The notes: generated by a model from the sequence alone, not told the origin. Counted from the first letter of the stretch, positions 9,490-20,260 are shown. The stretch is DNA of 64,000 nucleotides from Candidatus Marinacidobacterales bacterium (GCA_965226495.1 OZ245365.1:6112001-6176000); one strand, 5' to 3'. Made by a program: numbers and translations.

Positions 9490-10806
9490 ATGAATCGAGT
9501 CGGGGTCATCCTTATTAGTACCGTGATGGTTTCGTGCTCCCCGGGTGAGGAGCAAGCAACGGACCCATCCCCTACAATGGAAGCCATGAATCAGGTTGCG
9601 GAAGACTATGTGAAGCTGGCGCTGGCGATGGGGCCCCACGACGCGGATTACGTGGATGCTTACTATGGACCGGAGGAACTAAAGACGGCCGGCGAGGGCG
9701 AGTACCCCGATTTGGATTCTATTCGCAGCAAGGCAGAGAGTGTGCTCGAAGAGCTCCAGACGACAGGCGTTTCTGGTGAAGGGGAGATGATCGAGCTCCG
9801 GCATCGATTCTTGACGCTTCAGCTGCAGTCTCTCATTGCCCGCGCCCGGATGCTGGGGGGCGAACGGCTGACCTTCGACGAAGAATCGGAGGCGCTCTAC
9901 GATGCTACTGCTCCGACCTATCCGGAGTCCCACTTCCAGGCCACTCTCGATCGGTTGGAAGAAATTCTTCCCGGGAGCGGATCCCTCGTGCAGCGCTATG
10001 ACGCGTTTCGAAGCCAGTTTCTGATCCCATCCGACAAGCTCGATACCGTCTTCCAAGCTGCCATCGAGGAGTGCCGTGCTCGAACCGCGCCTTACATCGA
10101 GCTTCCCGAAGGTGAAAACTTCCGTATCGAGTACGTCAGCGACAAGAGCTGGTCTGGCTACAATTGGTACGAAGGGAATTATCAGAGTCTCATCCAAGTG
10201 AACACCGATCTCCCGATCGCCATCGATCGCGCCGTCGACCTGGCTTGTCACGAGGGCTATCCCGGTCACCACGTCTACAATGTGATGCGAGAAAAGCATC
10301 TGGTGAACGATCGAGGTTGGGTGGAGTTCACCGTTCAACCCCTGTTCTGCCCCATGGGCCTCATTTCGGAAGGCACCGCTAACTATGGGATCGAAGTCGC
10401 CTTTCCCGGCGAGGAGCGGATCGCTTACGAGAAAAAGACGCTCTTTCCACTCGCCGGCCTCGATCCGGGAGAAGCCGAGCTTTTCTATGAAGTCCAGACC
10501 CTCATGGGAGATCTCTCCTATGCTGGAAACGAAGCGGCCCGCCGTTACTTGAACGGTGAAATCGACGCCGGCGAAGCCGCTGAGTGGTTGGTCCGCTATG
10601 CCCTATCGACTCTCCCGCGCGCCGAACAGAGAATTCGCTTCATCGACCAGTACCGGAGCTACGTGATCAACTACAACTTGGGAAAGGACATGGTGGCCGA
10701 TTACATCGAGGGGCGGGGCGGCACGGAAGACAATCCAGAGAAACGGTGGCAAGAGTTCGGGGTGCTGCTCTCCTCGCCGCGAGTGCCCTCGGGGCTGAAG
10801 AAATAG
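9490..10806 (+). CDS. Lipoprotein, DUF885-like putative zinc metallopeptidase
   Basis: Lipobox-like VMVSC, HEGYPGHH motif and downstream ISEGTANYG. Confidence 0.75.
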   Translation: MNRVGVILISTVMVSCSPGEEQATDPSPTMEAMNQVAEDYVKLALAMGPHDADYVDAYYGPEELKTAGEGEYPDLDSIRSKAESVLEELQTTGVSGEGEMIELRHRFLTLQLQSLIARARMLGGERLTFDEESEALYDATAPTYPESHFQATLDRLEEILPGSGSLVQRYDAFRSQFLIPSDKLDTVFQAAIEECRARTAPYIELPEGENFRIEYVSDKSWSGYNWYEGNYQSLIQVNTDLPIAIDRAVDLACHEGYPGHHVYNVMREKHLVNDRGWVEFTVQPLFCPMGLISEGTANYGIEVAFPGEERIAYEKKTLFPLAGLDPGEAELFYEVQTLMGDLSYAGNEAARRYLNGEIDAGEAAEWLVRYALSTLPRAEQRIRFIDQYRSYVINYNLGKDMVADYIEGRGGTEDNPEKRWQEFGVLLSSPRVPSGLKK

Positions 10807-10891
10807 CGCCACCCATTCAACCTCAGAGAGCGCATCAACTCGCTGTTCTTGAACAAGTTAGCAAACCCTACTTCTCCGACTCCGGCCAGGG

Positions 10892-10920
10892 TTGCGTCGG
10901 GCGCTTGGCTGGATTAGAAT
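10892..10920 (+). promoter_or_regulatory. Putative sigma70 promoter for the 11036 small gene
   Basis: TTGCGT-17 nt-TAGAAT. Confidence 0.55.
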
Positions 10921-11035
10921 ACGTTTTCTGGCTCTCGGCAGACCCTCGTGGAGTTCTATCGAGCTGGCCCAAATAGGGGCTCGGCTGTTGCTCCTCGGGC
11001 CATCCTAGCCCGTTCAGATTAAGGGAGGTCAAACT

Positions 11036-11317
11036 TTGTCAAACCGTAGTCGACAAACGTTCCTGAAGCGCCAAAAAGAACTTCAGCGGCAGGATCGACA
11101 GCGGGCAAAGGGCGAAAAGCGTGCCCAGCGTAGATCCGAGGATAAGGACAAGCCGTTGCTAGCGGGCTTCGAAGATCCTGACATCGCTGGAATCGTTCCT
11201 GGACCGCAGCCATTGCCGTGGGATATCGAAGAAGAAGAAGCGGTCGAGGAAGCGACGGAGGAAGCGACGGAGGAAGCCAAAGAGGAAGCCAAAGAGGAAA
11301 CCGCTTCACCGAAATAA
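11036..11317 (+). CDS. Small hypothetical protein with a basic N-half and an acidic C-half
   Basis: GGGAGGT RBS before a TTG start; KRQKELQRQDRQRAK...EDPDIAGIVPGPQP followed by an acidic repeat tail. Confidence 0.75.
   Translation: MSNRSRQTFLKRQKELQRQDRQRAKGEKRAQRRSEDKDKPLLAGFEDPDIAGIVPGPQPLPWDIEEEEAVEEATEEATEEAKEEAKEETASPK
11234..11305 (+). repeat. 12-bp tandem repeat (6 units, EEA[VTK]) in coding sequence
   Basis: GAAGAAGCGGTC, GAGGAAGCGACG x2, GAGGAAGCCAAA x2, GAGGAAACCGCT. Confidence 0.9.
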
Positions 11318-11469
11318 CCTCTTCGCTCTCATATACTCGCCTTAGGCGACCCACCTCCGTTGGGATCGCTCTCTCTGTGACTTCCTCAAAGAGAGAATTT
11401 GCCTGCCCCCATCTATTTGACTAGCTCCTGTTCGTATTAGAATAAGTCGCCCTTTTCAAGGAGGTCGCG

Positions 11470-12267
11470 ATGGCGATTGGGCGGACCGAGCTAGTTCGAC
11501 TGTTAGAGGAAGCCCTCTTCCTAATGCCGACCGATCGCGGCGACATCAGGGAGCTTGGCATTCCCGATGTGCGCGGCCGCATGACCCCCATCTCGCATCC
11601 CATAGCGAATCTCGTGGGGAGCGTCCCTCGAGCCGAAGGGTTATCCGATGCCACGATCCAGGAAGTCGTGGGGCGCTTCCGATCTCAAAACAAAGCCTTT
11701 GGTTGGGTTACGGGCCCGCTGTCGCCCGAAGGGCTGGAGCGCCAGCTTATCGCAAATCGCCTGGTCAAGATCGATGCGTTCAGCGGTATGGTCCTATCCG
11801 ATCTCGCCAGGCCGATCGTAACCCGCCCCGGAGTGCGAGTGGTCGAAGTGCCTGTCGAGGAACGTGACAGGTTTCAATCACTCTTGTCGATGTCATTTCA
11901 GCTTCCCCCCGATGTCGCAGCGTTTATGTCCGATGTCTTGTACTTCAATCCTTCTCATCTCAAAGTGCGGAACTACTTCGCCTTCCTTGTGGGCGTCGAC
12001 GAGCCGGTTGGGCTGGGCAGTATGATGTACATGCCCGAATCGTCAGTCGTTTTGTTGGCAGGCTCGGCAACGCTCACCGAATATCGCCACCGGGGGGTCT
12101 ATCGTGGGTTGGTGGCGCGGCGGGTGGACGATGCCAGGAAAGACGGCGCCGCGGCGGCCATCATCCAGGCGGCGCGAACCACTTCGGCGCCGATCTGCCA
12201 GAAGATGGGTTTCGCCGAGGTCTGCCAGCAGGCGCTCTATATGTGGGAGCCTGACGTGCCCGCTTAA
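11470..12267 (+). CDS. GNAT family N-acetyltransferase
   Basis: Acetyl-CoA motif A (ATLTEYRHRGVYRGLV) and SAPICQKMGF; GGAGG RBS. Confidence 0.85.
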   Translation: MAIGRTELVRLLEEALFLMPTDRGDIRELGIPDVRGRMTPISHPIANLVGSVPRAEGLSDATIQEVVGRFRSQNKAFGWVTGPLSPEGLERQLIANRLVKIDAFSGMVLSDLARPIVTRPGVRVVEVPVEERDRFQSLLSMSFQLPPDVAAFMSDVLYFNPSHLKVRNYFAFLVGVDEPVGLGSMMYMPESSVVLLAGSATLTEYRHRGVYRGLVARRVDDARKDGAAAAIIQAARTTSAPICQKMGFAEVCQQALYMWEPDVPA

Positions 12268-12285
12268 ATTAGTCTCTCCATCCCG

Positions 12286-12322
12286 TAATCCCTCTCCCTT
12301 TGGGAGAGGGCCTGGGTGAGGG
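12286..12322. repeat. REP-like palindromic element, copy 1
   Basis: TAATCCCTCTCCC-TTT-GGGAGAGGGCCTGGGTGAGGG between convergent genes; near-identical copy at 62327-62365. Confidence 0.85.
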
Positions 12323-12328
12323 TATCCT

Positions 12329-14821
12329 TCACTCGTAGCGCAGCGCAGTAACCGGTTCTACTTTGCTAGCTCGGCGTGCGGGAAGGTACGACGCCGCGAG
12401 CGCCACGACCATGAGCAGTAAAGAGATGCCCACGTAGATCAGCGGATCGCTGGGGCTTACTCCGTAAAGGAGCGTCGAGATGAAACGCGTCATCGTGAAT
12501 GCGAGCACCAAGCCGATCGCGAGACCGGCTAGCGTCAGCGTCATGCCTTGACCAACGACGAGTCGCACAACATCCCTGCGCTGGGCGCCGAGAGCGAGTC
12601 GAACGCCTATCTCCCGTGTCCTTTGTGTGACCGTGTAAGCGAGCACGCCGAATATCCCGATCGAGGCCAGGGCCACCGCCAGCGCGGCGAATATCCCGAA
12701 CATCAACATGTTGAATCGCCACGGCGCGAACTCGGTCGCTACGATATCCTCCATGGTCGTGACTTTGCCCACCGGAAGAAGGTCATCCATGGCTTTGATC
12801 TGCGCCCTCACCGCTCCCGCAAGAGTCAGGGGATCGGAGCTGGTTCGCACCACCAGATGCCCGACCGCCAAAGGAGATTGAAGGTAGGGTAAATACAGAT
12901 CCAATCGCGGTGCCTCGAGCTCCCGGAACCTGGCGTCTTCTACGACGCCGACCACCGTCCTCCAAATAATATTGCCCTCGTCATCCCAGTCGGTGGGGTA
13001 CGTGATAAGTCTCTTTCCGATCGCGCTCTCGTCGGGCCACATGCGTTTGGCAACCGTCTCGCCGACGATCACAACCGGAGGAGCTGGGGCAGCGTCCCGC
13101 TCAGTAAAGGTCCGACCCTCTAGAAGCCGCGTTCCCATGGTCCGGAAATAGTCAGGCGTCACCGCCTCGTAGTTCACCATGGGATTCTCGTCGTAGGCCG
13201 CGTCTTCGGGAACCGTATAGACCCGAGTCTTGCCCTCTTCCTCGACGGTGACTTTGTTCCACGCCTTGGGCTGACCTTCTACGACGTACCAGAGGTCCCA
13301 CCCGATGGGGCCAAATGCGAACGGGCGGTTCAGCACTGCCCCCGCGGTGTCGACCCCGGGAAGGGCGCGGACCCGCTCCAAGATGTCATGGACCAGCCGC
13401 CGCTTCTCCTCGATGGTCGGATACTTTTGGTCGCGATGTCCCACGATCATAGTGAGGACACTCTCCGGTCGATAGCCGAGGTTCTGTCGTCTAAGGTTCA
13501 GGAAACTTTCCAGCATGAGTGTGGCGCCGACGAGCAAGACCAACGCCATCGCGATTTCGAGAACGACAAGGAGGTTGCGTAGAAAGCGGCCGCGACGATC
13601 CTCTACCGCGCTCCTCGCACCTTCCCTCAAGGAATCAGAGGCGCTGGATCTCGACATCTCCCAAGCTGGAAGGAGGCCGACCAAGACGGCGGTCAGGAAC
13701 CCAAGTCCGAGCGTAACCGCCAACGCGATCCCGTCGACCGCCACGGCGTCGATTCGCGGCACGTCGCCGGGAGTCAGCTTCAGCAGGATAGCCAGGCTCC
13801 ACGATGCGAGAATTGCGCCGGCTAGGCAAGCCGCCAAGCCCAGTAGCGAGCTCTCGGTCAAGAGCTGTCGAATGATCCGCAACCGACCGGCGCCCATAGC
13901 CAAGCGAACGGCCATCTCCTTTCGACGGGAAACGGCTCGAACCAAGAAGAGGCTAGCCACATTGGAACAAGCCGTGAGGAGAACGAGTCCCACTGCCCCC
14001 CAAAGTGCCAACAGGGCGGGACGCGTGTCGCTCCCAAGGAAGTGATCCCTTAGTGGCGTGATGGCTGCTCCTCTGGCCTCCGGAGCCGTCTTGTATTCCA
14101 CTGCCAACCGGCTCGCGATGCTGGCAATTTCGCTCCTTGCTTGCTCGAGGGCCACGCCCGTCTTCATGCGGCCGATGACATACAAAACACCGAGGTCGCG
14201 TTTTTCGGCAAGCTCGGGTCCCGCCAAACCCCAAATCTCGACTCCCTTCGGATACTGGAAACCGGGGGGCATGATTCCCACGACGGTATGCGGGTCTCCG
14301 GAGAGATTGACGGGCTTGCCGATGATATCGATCTCGCCTTCCAAATGGCGTTGCCAGAAGCCGTGGCTCACCACGATGACCGGAGATGCGCCGCGGACAT
14401 CTTCCTCGGGCCTAAACGTCCGGCCGAGGTGTGGAGCAACACCGAGCGTCTCGAAGAAAGAACTCGAGACGCCGCGGTAGGCTACGGCGATGGGATCGGT
14501 GTCCGCCTGCAGAACCCTCGGCCAATTGCTGGAGCCCAAAGCGGCCATGCCCTCGAAGAGTTGGCTCTGCTCGCGCCAATCGCGGAAGTTTGGATAGGAA
14601 ACTTCGATGAGCGGGTTATCTGGTTCCTCTTCCCAGAGAATGACAAGCCGTTCTTGATTGTGGAAGGGAAGCGGACTGAGGAGCACGGTGTTGACGACGC
14701 TGAATATCGCGGTGTTCGCGCCAATGCCCAGGGCGAGTATCAAGACGGCAAGCGCCGTGAAGCCCGGAGTCTTGAGCAGACTCCGGACTCCGTAGCGGAC
14801 GTCTTGCCAGAGGGTTTCCAT
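12329..14821 (-). CDS. ADOP-family duplicated ABC transporter permease (MacB/FtsX-like x2)
   Basis: Begins [21 protein letters not shown]...[13 protein letters not shown] and ends [19 protein letters not shown]; two FtsX halves. Confidence 0.93.
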   Translation of the reverse strand: METLWQDVRYGVRSLLKTPGFTALAVLILALGIGANTAIFSVVNTVLLSPLPFHNQERLVILWEEEPDNPLIEVSYPNFRDWREQSQLFEGMAALGSSNWPRVLQADTDPIAVAYRGVSSSFFETLGVAPHLGRTFRPEEDVRGASPVIVVSHGFWQRHLEGEIDIIGKPVNLSGDPHTVVGIMPPGFQYPKGVEIWGLAGPELAEKRDLGVLYVIGRMKTGVALEQARSEIASIASRLAVEYKTAPEARGAAITPLRDHFLGSDTRPALLALWGAVGLVLLTACSNVASLFLVRAVSRRKEMAVRLAMGAGRLRIIRQLLTESSLLGLAACLAGAILASWSLAILLKLTPGDVPRIDAVAVDGIALAVTLGLGFLTAVLVGLLPAWEMSRSSASDSLREGARSAVEDRRGRFLRNLLVVLEIAMALVLLVGATLMLESFLNLRRQNLGYRPESVLTMIVGHRDQKYPTIEEKRRLVHDILERVRALPGVDTAGAVLNRPFAFGPIGWDLWYVVEGQPKAWNKVTVEEEGKTRVYTVPEDAAYDENPMVNYEAVTPDYFRTMGTRLLEGRTFTERDAAPAPPVVIVGETVAKRMWPDESAIGKRLITYPTDWDDEGNIIWRTVVGVVEDARFRELEAPRLDLYLPYLQSPLAVGHLVVRTSSDPLTLAGAVRAQIKAMDDLLPVGKVTTMEDIVATEFAPWRFNMLMFGIFAALAVALASIGIFGVLAYTVTQRTREIGVRLALGAQRRDVVRLVVGQGMTLTLAGLAIGLVLAFTMTRFISTLLYGVSPSDPLIYVGISLLLMVVALAASYLPARRASKVEPVTALRYE

Positions 14822-15264
14822 CACCAGAACCGTTTGTGGATCTCCATGCCTTCGTCTTCGAGAACCGGTCCGCTCACATCGATCTTGGGGAGCATACGAC
14901 CATATGTGTCGCGACTCGAGATGTACCATCCCGCGCCACCCAAATTGGCCACCGACGATCCCCGAACGCCGTAAACGATCCTGGGGATCCCTGCCCAATA
15001 GATCGATCCCTGGCACATGATGCAGGGCTCGGTGCTTGCATAAAGGGTGGACTGAGCCAGGGTTTCGGGGTCGAAGCGCTTGCTCGCCACCCGCACCAAG
15101 TTGAGCTCGGCATGCCCGGTGATGTCCTTCTCGGTGACGACGTTATTCTCGGCCTCGAGAAGGACCTCTCTATCCTTTAATAACAGGGCGCCAAACGGGT
15201 GGTTCCCGTGCTCGATCGCCGTTTCGGCGAGGGCGTAACATCTTCTAATAAGGACGTCGTGCAT
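14821..15264 (-). CDS. Nucleoside deaminase (guanine deaminase / TadA-like zinc deaminase)
   Basis: Motifs [12 protein letters not shown] and [17 protein letters not shown] before MHDVL; stop overlaps the permease start (TGATG). Confidence 0.9.
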   Translation of the reverse strand: MHDVLIRRCYALAETAIEHGNHPFGALLLKDREVLLEAENNVVTEKDITGHAELNLVRVASKRFDPETLAQSTLYASTEPCIMCQGSIYWAGIPRIVYGVRGSSVANLGGAGWYISSRDTYGRMLPKIDVSGPVLEDEGMEIHKRFW

Positions 15265-15468
15265 GCTCTCCTCGATTGTGGGTGAAGGGGAATGGCTGGA
15301 GGCGTGGGTACATGCGGCGATCGCCGTTTCGGCGAACATGAGGATACCCACCAATGGAAGCCCAAAGCGACACCTCCACGGAGAATAGGAACTTAGGCCA
15401 AGCGACCTGCGTATAGTACCGCGAGGGAGGGTGACGGTGATATTCTCCCGTGTTTTTCCCGCGACCGA

Positions 15469-17358
15469 CTAGGTTCGGCCCTTTTGTCGGATCGGTAGTC
15501 GTATGTGGAAGGTTGTTCCCTCGCCGATTTGGCTCGCCACCTTGATGTCGCCACCGTGCTTCTTGATGATGTTGTAGGTGTTGGACAATCCTACACGCAT
15601 CCTCATCCGAGAATCTTTCTGGCTGAATGTGATCTCGAAGGGGTTGGCAAGCTTCTCAGGAGGAATACCTCTCCCGGTGTCGGAGATCTCGATGGTGACG
15701 TGGTCATCACCGGCCGAGGCCTTGATGGTGATCGAGCCCGCGCCGTCGAGTGCGTCGGAAGCGTTGACGAGCAGTGTCATGAAGCACTGGTTGAGCTCAC
15801 CAGCATAGCACTCGATCTTGGGAAGTTCTCCCAGCTCTCTCTTGATGTCCACTCCGGGCGCCAGCTGGTGCCTTAGTAGCATCAGTGTGCTTTCAATCTC
15901 TTCCGTGACATCCGCCATTTGAAGCTCGGCCTCATCGAGGTGGGAGAACTGTCTTAGGCTCGTAACGAGGTTCGAGATTCTTTCGCTTGCCACGATTGTG
16001 GTCCGGAATGAGGCATGGAGGATGTCGAGTGCCTGCGTCCACGCGCCGTTGTTTCTTAGGCGGTCTGTCAGTCCTTCTTTCCAGAGCTCTTGTTGCATAA
16101 GGCCCAGCGCTTGCCCAGAAAGGTTGGCATTGTTTTTGATGACTCCAATCGGCGTGTTGACCTCGTGGGCAATCCCGGCGACCAGGCTACCGAGCGCAGC
16201 CATCTTCTCCGACTGAACGAGCTGCGCCTGCATTTCGGCGAGTTCTACGTAGCGCAGTCGTTGGATCTCGGCTTCTTTCTCAGCGGTCTCCACCTTCACG
16301 CGAATCTGAAGGTTCTTGACCTTGGTCGTGCTCTCGTCATTGAAGATCTCTTCCTTGAGCTCATGAAACCGTTTGTGATGCTCGAGGGCTTTGTCGAGCT
16401 CCCCGGTCGCTTCGTAAAGCGATGCGAGGGCGCCGTGAATCTTCAACTCTGTGGGCTTGGCCTGGGTTTCCTTGATTTCGCGAAGTGACTTCCGAAGTGC
16501 TTCGCAAGCTTTGGTGTAGTCGCCCATTTCCAAGTAGACGTTGCCGAGTGTCAGGAGGGTAATCGCGTTGACCTCTCGATTGGCGATGTTCTTGCCCGAG
16601 TCCAGGCTGCGCAGGCAATAATCCAAGGCCTTGTCGGTATCACCCATCTTCAGGTAGGCCTGACCGACGTTCGCGAGGCCGGCCGTTGCACCGATGTGGA
16701 TCCCTTGTTCTTGCGATTTGCTGACCGCTTGCTGATGGTGCTCCAGAGCTTTATCGTACTCTCCGATTTTTTCGTAGAGAATCCCCAACATGGCTAATGC
16801 TCGACCCTCGCCAACCGGATAGGGAATCTCCCGAAACAAATCTAGCGCCCGGTGATGGTTCTCGAGGGCGAGTTGATGATCCCCGGTCTCGGTATAGATG
16901 AATCCGATGTTGTGCAGCGCCCAAGCCTCGCCCAGATTCGAGCCAATCTCCTTGCTAATAGCCAAGCAAGAGAGTGCTGCTTTCAAGGCTTCATCGTAGC
17001 TGCCGAGCCGAGAGTAGATTAGCGAGAGCGTGTTGACGGCCGACGCCTTCCCGAGCTTCTCGTTGATCTCGTCGAGCTCCCTGATAGCGGTTCGGGAGTA
17101 TTCCGCGGCTTGTTCGAGATTCGAGAATACGAGCTGGCAATAACCGATCGTCCGGTGACCAAGGCCGACGCCTTGCTTGTAATCGACCTGCTCTGATAGA
17201 CGGGATGCTTCCCGGGCAAGTTCCAAGGCCCGTTTGGTCTGCGTAAGGCCGATCTCCCAGGCGAGATTATTGAGAGCATCGATCCGTTCGGTCGATTGCG
17301 GATCGCCCGCAGAAAGCTCCTTCAACCGCGCCTCCAATTTTTCGACGGCCTCGTTCAT
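15469..17358 (-). CDS. TPR-repeat cytoplasmic sensor histidine kinase
   Basis: About 8 TPRs, H-box AGIAHEVNTP, N-box LLVNASDA, G1 DTGRGI, and C-terminal GEGTTF. Confidence 0.9.
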   Translation of the reverse strand: MNEAVEKLEARLKELSAGDPQSTERIDALNNLAWEIGLTQTKRALELAREASRLSEQVDYKQGVGLGHRTIGYCQLVFSNLEQAAEYSRTAIRELDEINEKLGKASAVNTLSLIYSRLGSYDEALKAALSCLAISKEIGSNLGEAWALHNIGFIYTETGDHQLALENHHRALDLFREIPYPVGEGRALAMLGILYEKIGEYDKALEHHQQAVSKSQEQGIHIGATAGLANVGQAYLKMGDTDKALDYCLRSLDSGKNIANREVNAITLLTLGNVYLEMGDYTKACEALRKSLREIKETQAKPTELKIHGALASLYEATGELDKALEHHKRFHELKEEIFNDESTTKVKNLQIRVKVETAEKEAEIQRLRYVELAEMQAQLVQSEKMAALGSLVAGIAHEVNTPIGVIKNNANLSGQALGLMQQELWKEGLTDRLRNNGAWTQALDILHASFRTTIVASERISNLVTSLRQFSHLDEAELQMADVTEEIESTLMLLRHQLAPGVDIKRELGELPKIECYAGELNQCFMTLLVNASDALDGAGSITIKASAGDDHVTIEISDTGRGIPPEKLANPFEITFSQKDSRMRMRVGLSNTYNIIKKHGGDIKVASQIGEGTTFHIRLPIRQKGRT

Positions 17359-18095
17359 GGGGACTTGCCCATCACGTAGAACACGTAGCCGTAGGTGCCG
17401 GAGTAGCGGCGATAGAGGTCGATCTCCTTTTGCTCGCCGTCGAGCACCTCGAGGATAGCCGGTTCCTGAGAATGCTTTTCTCTGAGCTCAGAGATCCGTT
17501 TCTCCATGGGCCCGTAGTAGCCGTCCCACCACGCGGACTCGGGCAGGGTGAAGGTGTCGAGAAGGGAGTAACCGGATTCCCGAATCATCTCCCTGTTCCC
17601 GGGTACGGTCTGCATCGCGGGATAGGCTTCCCCAAAAAAAACCTTCACGTCTTCCGGTGGCGAGTCGACGAGCCAGCTGAGCTCGGTCACCGCCAAAAAC
17701 CCCTTGGGTCCCAGAAACCGCCTCCAAGAGGTGAGCCCATCTTGGAACCCAATGATATAGATAGACCCTTCCGCCCAAACAAGATCGAAGGAAGCATCCT
17801 CGAACCGCATGTCCTCCATGGGACAGCATTTGGCAAGGATCCGCTGGTCGACTCCTTGTTTTTGGGCGCGGATTTGAAGCTCGTCGAGGTAGGGTTGGTG
17901 GTTGTCGACCGCGGTGATCGCTCCGTCAGTCTCCCGTGCCAGGATGAGGGTTTGTCGTCCTGGGCCACATCCAACGTCGAGGATCTTCGGTCGCGCCGGC
18001 AGGCTAGGAACCAGAGAAAGCGCCCTCATCGTCGAGGCTTCAGAGCCTGGTGCCTCTTGGGGGAGCCCTTTGTGAATTTCGAAAAAGACGTCCAT
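17355..18095 (-). CDS. Class I SAM-dependent methyltransferase
   Basis: Motifs ILDVGCGPG and FDLVWAEGSIY; ATGA overlap with the kinase gene. Confidence 0.9.
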   Translation of the reverse strand: MDVFFEIHKGLPQEAPGSEASTMRALSLVPSLPARPKILDVGCGPGRQTLILARETDGAITAVDNHQPYLDELQIRAQKQGVDQRILAKCCPMEDMRFEDASFDLVWAEGSIYIIGFQDGLTSWRRFLGPKGFLAVTELSWLVDSPPEDVKVFFGEAYPAMQTVPGNREMIRESGYSLLDTFTLPESAWWDGYYGPMEKRISELREKHSQEPAILEVLDGEQKEIDLYRRYSGTYGYVFYVMGKSP

Positions 18096-18149
18096 CTCGC
18101 GTTCTACCTTGCCGCTATAATACCGCAGCCAAAATAAGGAGCACTTGCC

Positions 18150-20237
18150 ATGACAAGACTACGGCACGGTCTAGCTTTCGGTATCGCAATCCTTGCGGCG
18201 GCCTGCTTGTCCACATTGGGGCTGGCCTCCGAGGAGACGGAACGATGGGATGATCGTTTCAATCCGCTCGATGTCTTCCAGCTGGAGTGGGCCTCCGATC
18301 CACAGATCTCGCCGGATGGAGAGCGAGTCGTTTATGTAAGGAACTTCATGGACATCATGAAGGATCAGCGACGATCGAATCTGTGGATGGTCGCCGTCGA
18401 CGGGTCAGAGCATCGGCCGGTCACGACTGGCAACGAGAACGATTCTTCGCCCCGATGGTCTCCCGATGGGAAGCGCTTGGTTTTCGTATCGAACACGGAC
18501 GGGTCGGTTCAGCTCTACATGCGCTGGATGGATAGCGGGCAAACGGCCAAGTTGACGGATCTGACGACCGCGCCGAGTGGGCTCTCTTGGTCTCCGGACG
18601 GGGAAAAGATCGCTTTCTCGATGCAGCTGCCAGCCAGTGCCAAGCCTTACGTGAACCTGGAGGCTGGCCCCGAAGGGGCGGATTGGGCGAGCCCACCCAA
18701 GATGATCGACAAACTCATCTATCGTTTCGACGGCCGAGGCTACTTGAGAGACGGCTATCATCATTTGTTCGTTATTCCGGCCGATGGCGGTACGCCTCGA
18801 CAGGTAACCACTGGAGAGTTCAACCACCGAGGCCCGCCGCGCTGGACACCGGACGGAAAGTCTCTGATTTTCTCAGCCAACCGCCACCCCGATTGGGAGT
18901 ACCAGTCTCGAGACTCGGAGCTCCACGAGGTGTCCTTGTCCGATCGCTCCATTCGCGCGTTGACCGATCGGAAGGGACCCGACCACAGTCCCGCTATATC
19001 TCCAGATGGGAAACGAATCGCCTATCTAGGGTACGACGATCACTATCAGGGCTATCAGGTGACGTACCTCTACGTGATGGATCGAGATGGGAGCGGCAGG
19101 CAACGGATCGCCGCCGAGCTAGATCGCAGTATTTCGAGTCCGGCCTGGAGCGACGACGGCAAAGGTCTCTTTTTCCTCTACAACAACGAGGGCAACGGAA
19201 AGATCGGATTCGTCTCACCCGGTGGGAACGTAGAAACGGTGGCGGAGAACGTCGGTGCGAGCATTGGTCGTCCGTACTCCGGCGGAGGGTTCTCGCTGGC
19301 GTCGGGCGGCAAGTTTGCATTTACCGAGACGAGTCCCCATCAGCCTGCAGACGTCGCCGTGGGCAGCAGAACCGCCTCGGCGCAACGCGTGACGTCTTTG
19401 AACGAGGATCTTCTAGGGCACAAGGAGCTAGGTCGTGTGGAAGAGATCTGGTACGAGTCTTCCTTCGATGGTAGGAAAATTCAGGGTTGGCTCGTCGAGC
19501 CACCGGGGTTCGATCCCGCAAAGAAGTACCCGCTCATTTTGGAGATTCACGGAGGCCCCTTCGCCAACTACGGGGATCGTTTCTCGGCCGAGGTGCAGCT
19601 TTTTGCGGCGGCAGGGTACATCGTGCTCTACACCAATCCTCGCGGTAGTTCGAGCTACGGTGAGGAGTTCGGGAACCTCATCCATCACAGCTATCCAGGA
19701 CAGGACTATGACGATCTGATGTCTGGGATCGACGCGTCGTTGGCTCGTGGCTTCGTCGACGAAGACAACCTCTTCGTCACCGGCGGCAGCGGAGGAGGCG
19801 TGTTAACGGCTTGGATCGTTGGAAAGACCGATCGGTTCCGCGCCGCGGTCTCCGCCAAGCCGGTCATCAACTGGTATAGCTGGGTGCTGAACGCGGATAT
19901 ACCGATCATGTACAAGTATTGGTTTCCTGGACTTCCTTGGGAAGAGACCGAACATTACATGAAGCGCTCGCCCATCTCGTTGGTGGGGAACGTCACAACG
20001 CCGACGATGGTTTTGACCGGCGAGGCCGATCACCGGACTCCGATATCAGAGTCGGAGCAATTCTACATGGCACTCAAGCTGCGCAAGGTCGATACTGCGC
20101 TCGTTCGAGTTCCCGATGCCTCGCACGGTATCGTCAATCGCCCGAGCAATCTGATGGCCAAGGTGGCCTATATCCTCAAATGGTTCGAGTCCCATCGGAG
20201 CACCGGCGCGGCCGAAGCGACAACGTCACCGGACTAA
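18150..20237 (+). CDS. Secreted S9 family peptidase (acylaminoacyl peptidase-like)
   Basis: PD40/TolB-like repeats (SPRWSPDG), IHGGP, nucleophile GGSGGG, GEADHRTP and ASHGI. Confidence 0.95.
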   Translation: MTRLRHGLAFGIAILAAACLSTLGLASEETERWDDRFNPLDVFQLEWASDPQISPDGERVVYVRNFMDIMKDQRRSNLWMVAVDGSEHRPVTTGNENDSSPRWSPDGKRLVFVSNTDGSVQLYMRWMDSGQTAKLTDLTTAPSGLSWSPDGEKIAFSMQLPASAKPYVNLEAGPEGADWASPPKMIDKLIYRFDGRGYLRDGYHHLFVIPADGGTPRQVTTGEFNHRGPPRWTPDGKSLIFSANRHPDWEYQSRDSELHEVSLSDRSIRALTDRKGPDHSPAISPDGKRIAYLGYDDHYQGYQVTYLYVMDRDGSGRQRIAAELDRSISSPAWSDDGKGLFFLYNNEGNGKIGFVSPGGNVETVAENVGASIGRPYSGGGFSLASGGKFAFTETSPHQPADVAVGSRTASAQRVTSLNEDLLGHKELGRVEEIWYESSFDGRKIQGWLVEPPGFDPAKKYPLILEIHGGPFANYGDRFSAEVQLFAAAGYIVLYTNPRGSSSYGEEFGNLIHHSYPGQDYDDLMSGIDASLARGFVDEDNLFVTGGSGGGVLTAWIVGKTDRFRAAVSAKPVINWYSWVLNADIPIMYKYWFPGLPWEETEHYMKRSPISLVGNVTTPTMVLTGEADHRTPISESEQFYMALKLRKVDTALVRVPDASHGIVNRPSNLMAKVAYILKWFESHRSTGAAEATTSPD

Positions 20238-20260
20238 AGAGGGGATTGAGAGGGCCCAGC

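Noticed and set aside
11234-11305. Tandem repeats as a CRISPR array
   Set aside because: They are contiguous 12-bp coding repeats without spacers.
14822-15016. N-terminal extension of the ADOP permease (895-aa call)
   Set aside because: It overlaps the deaminase. The family-typical start METLWQD is at 14821.
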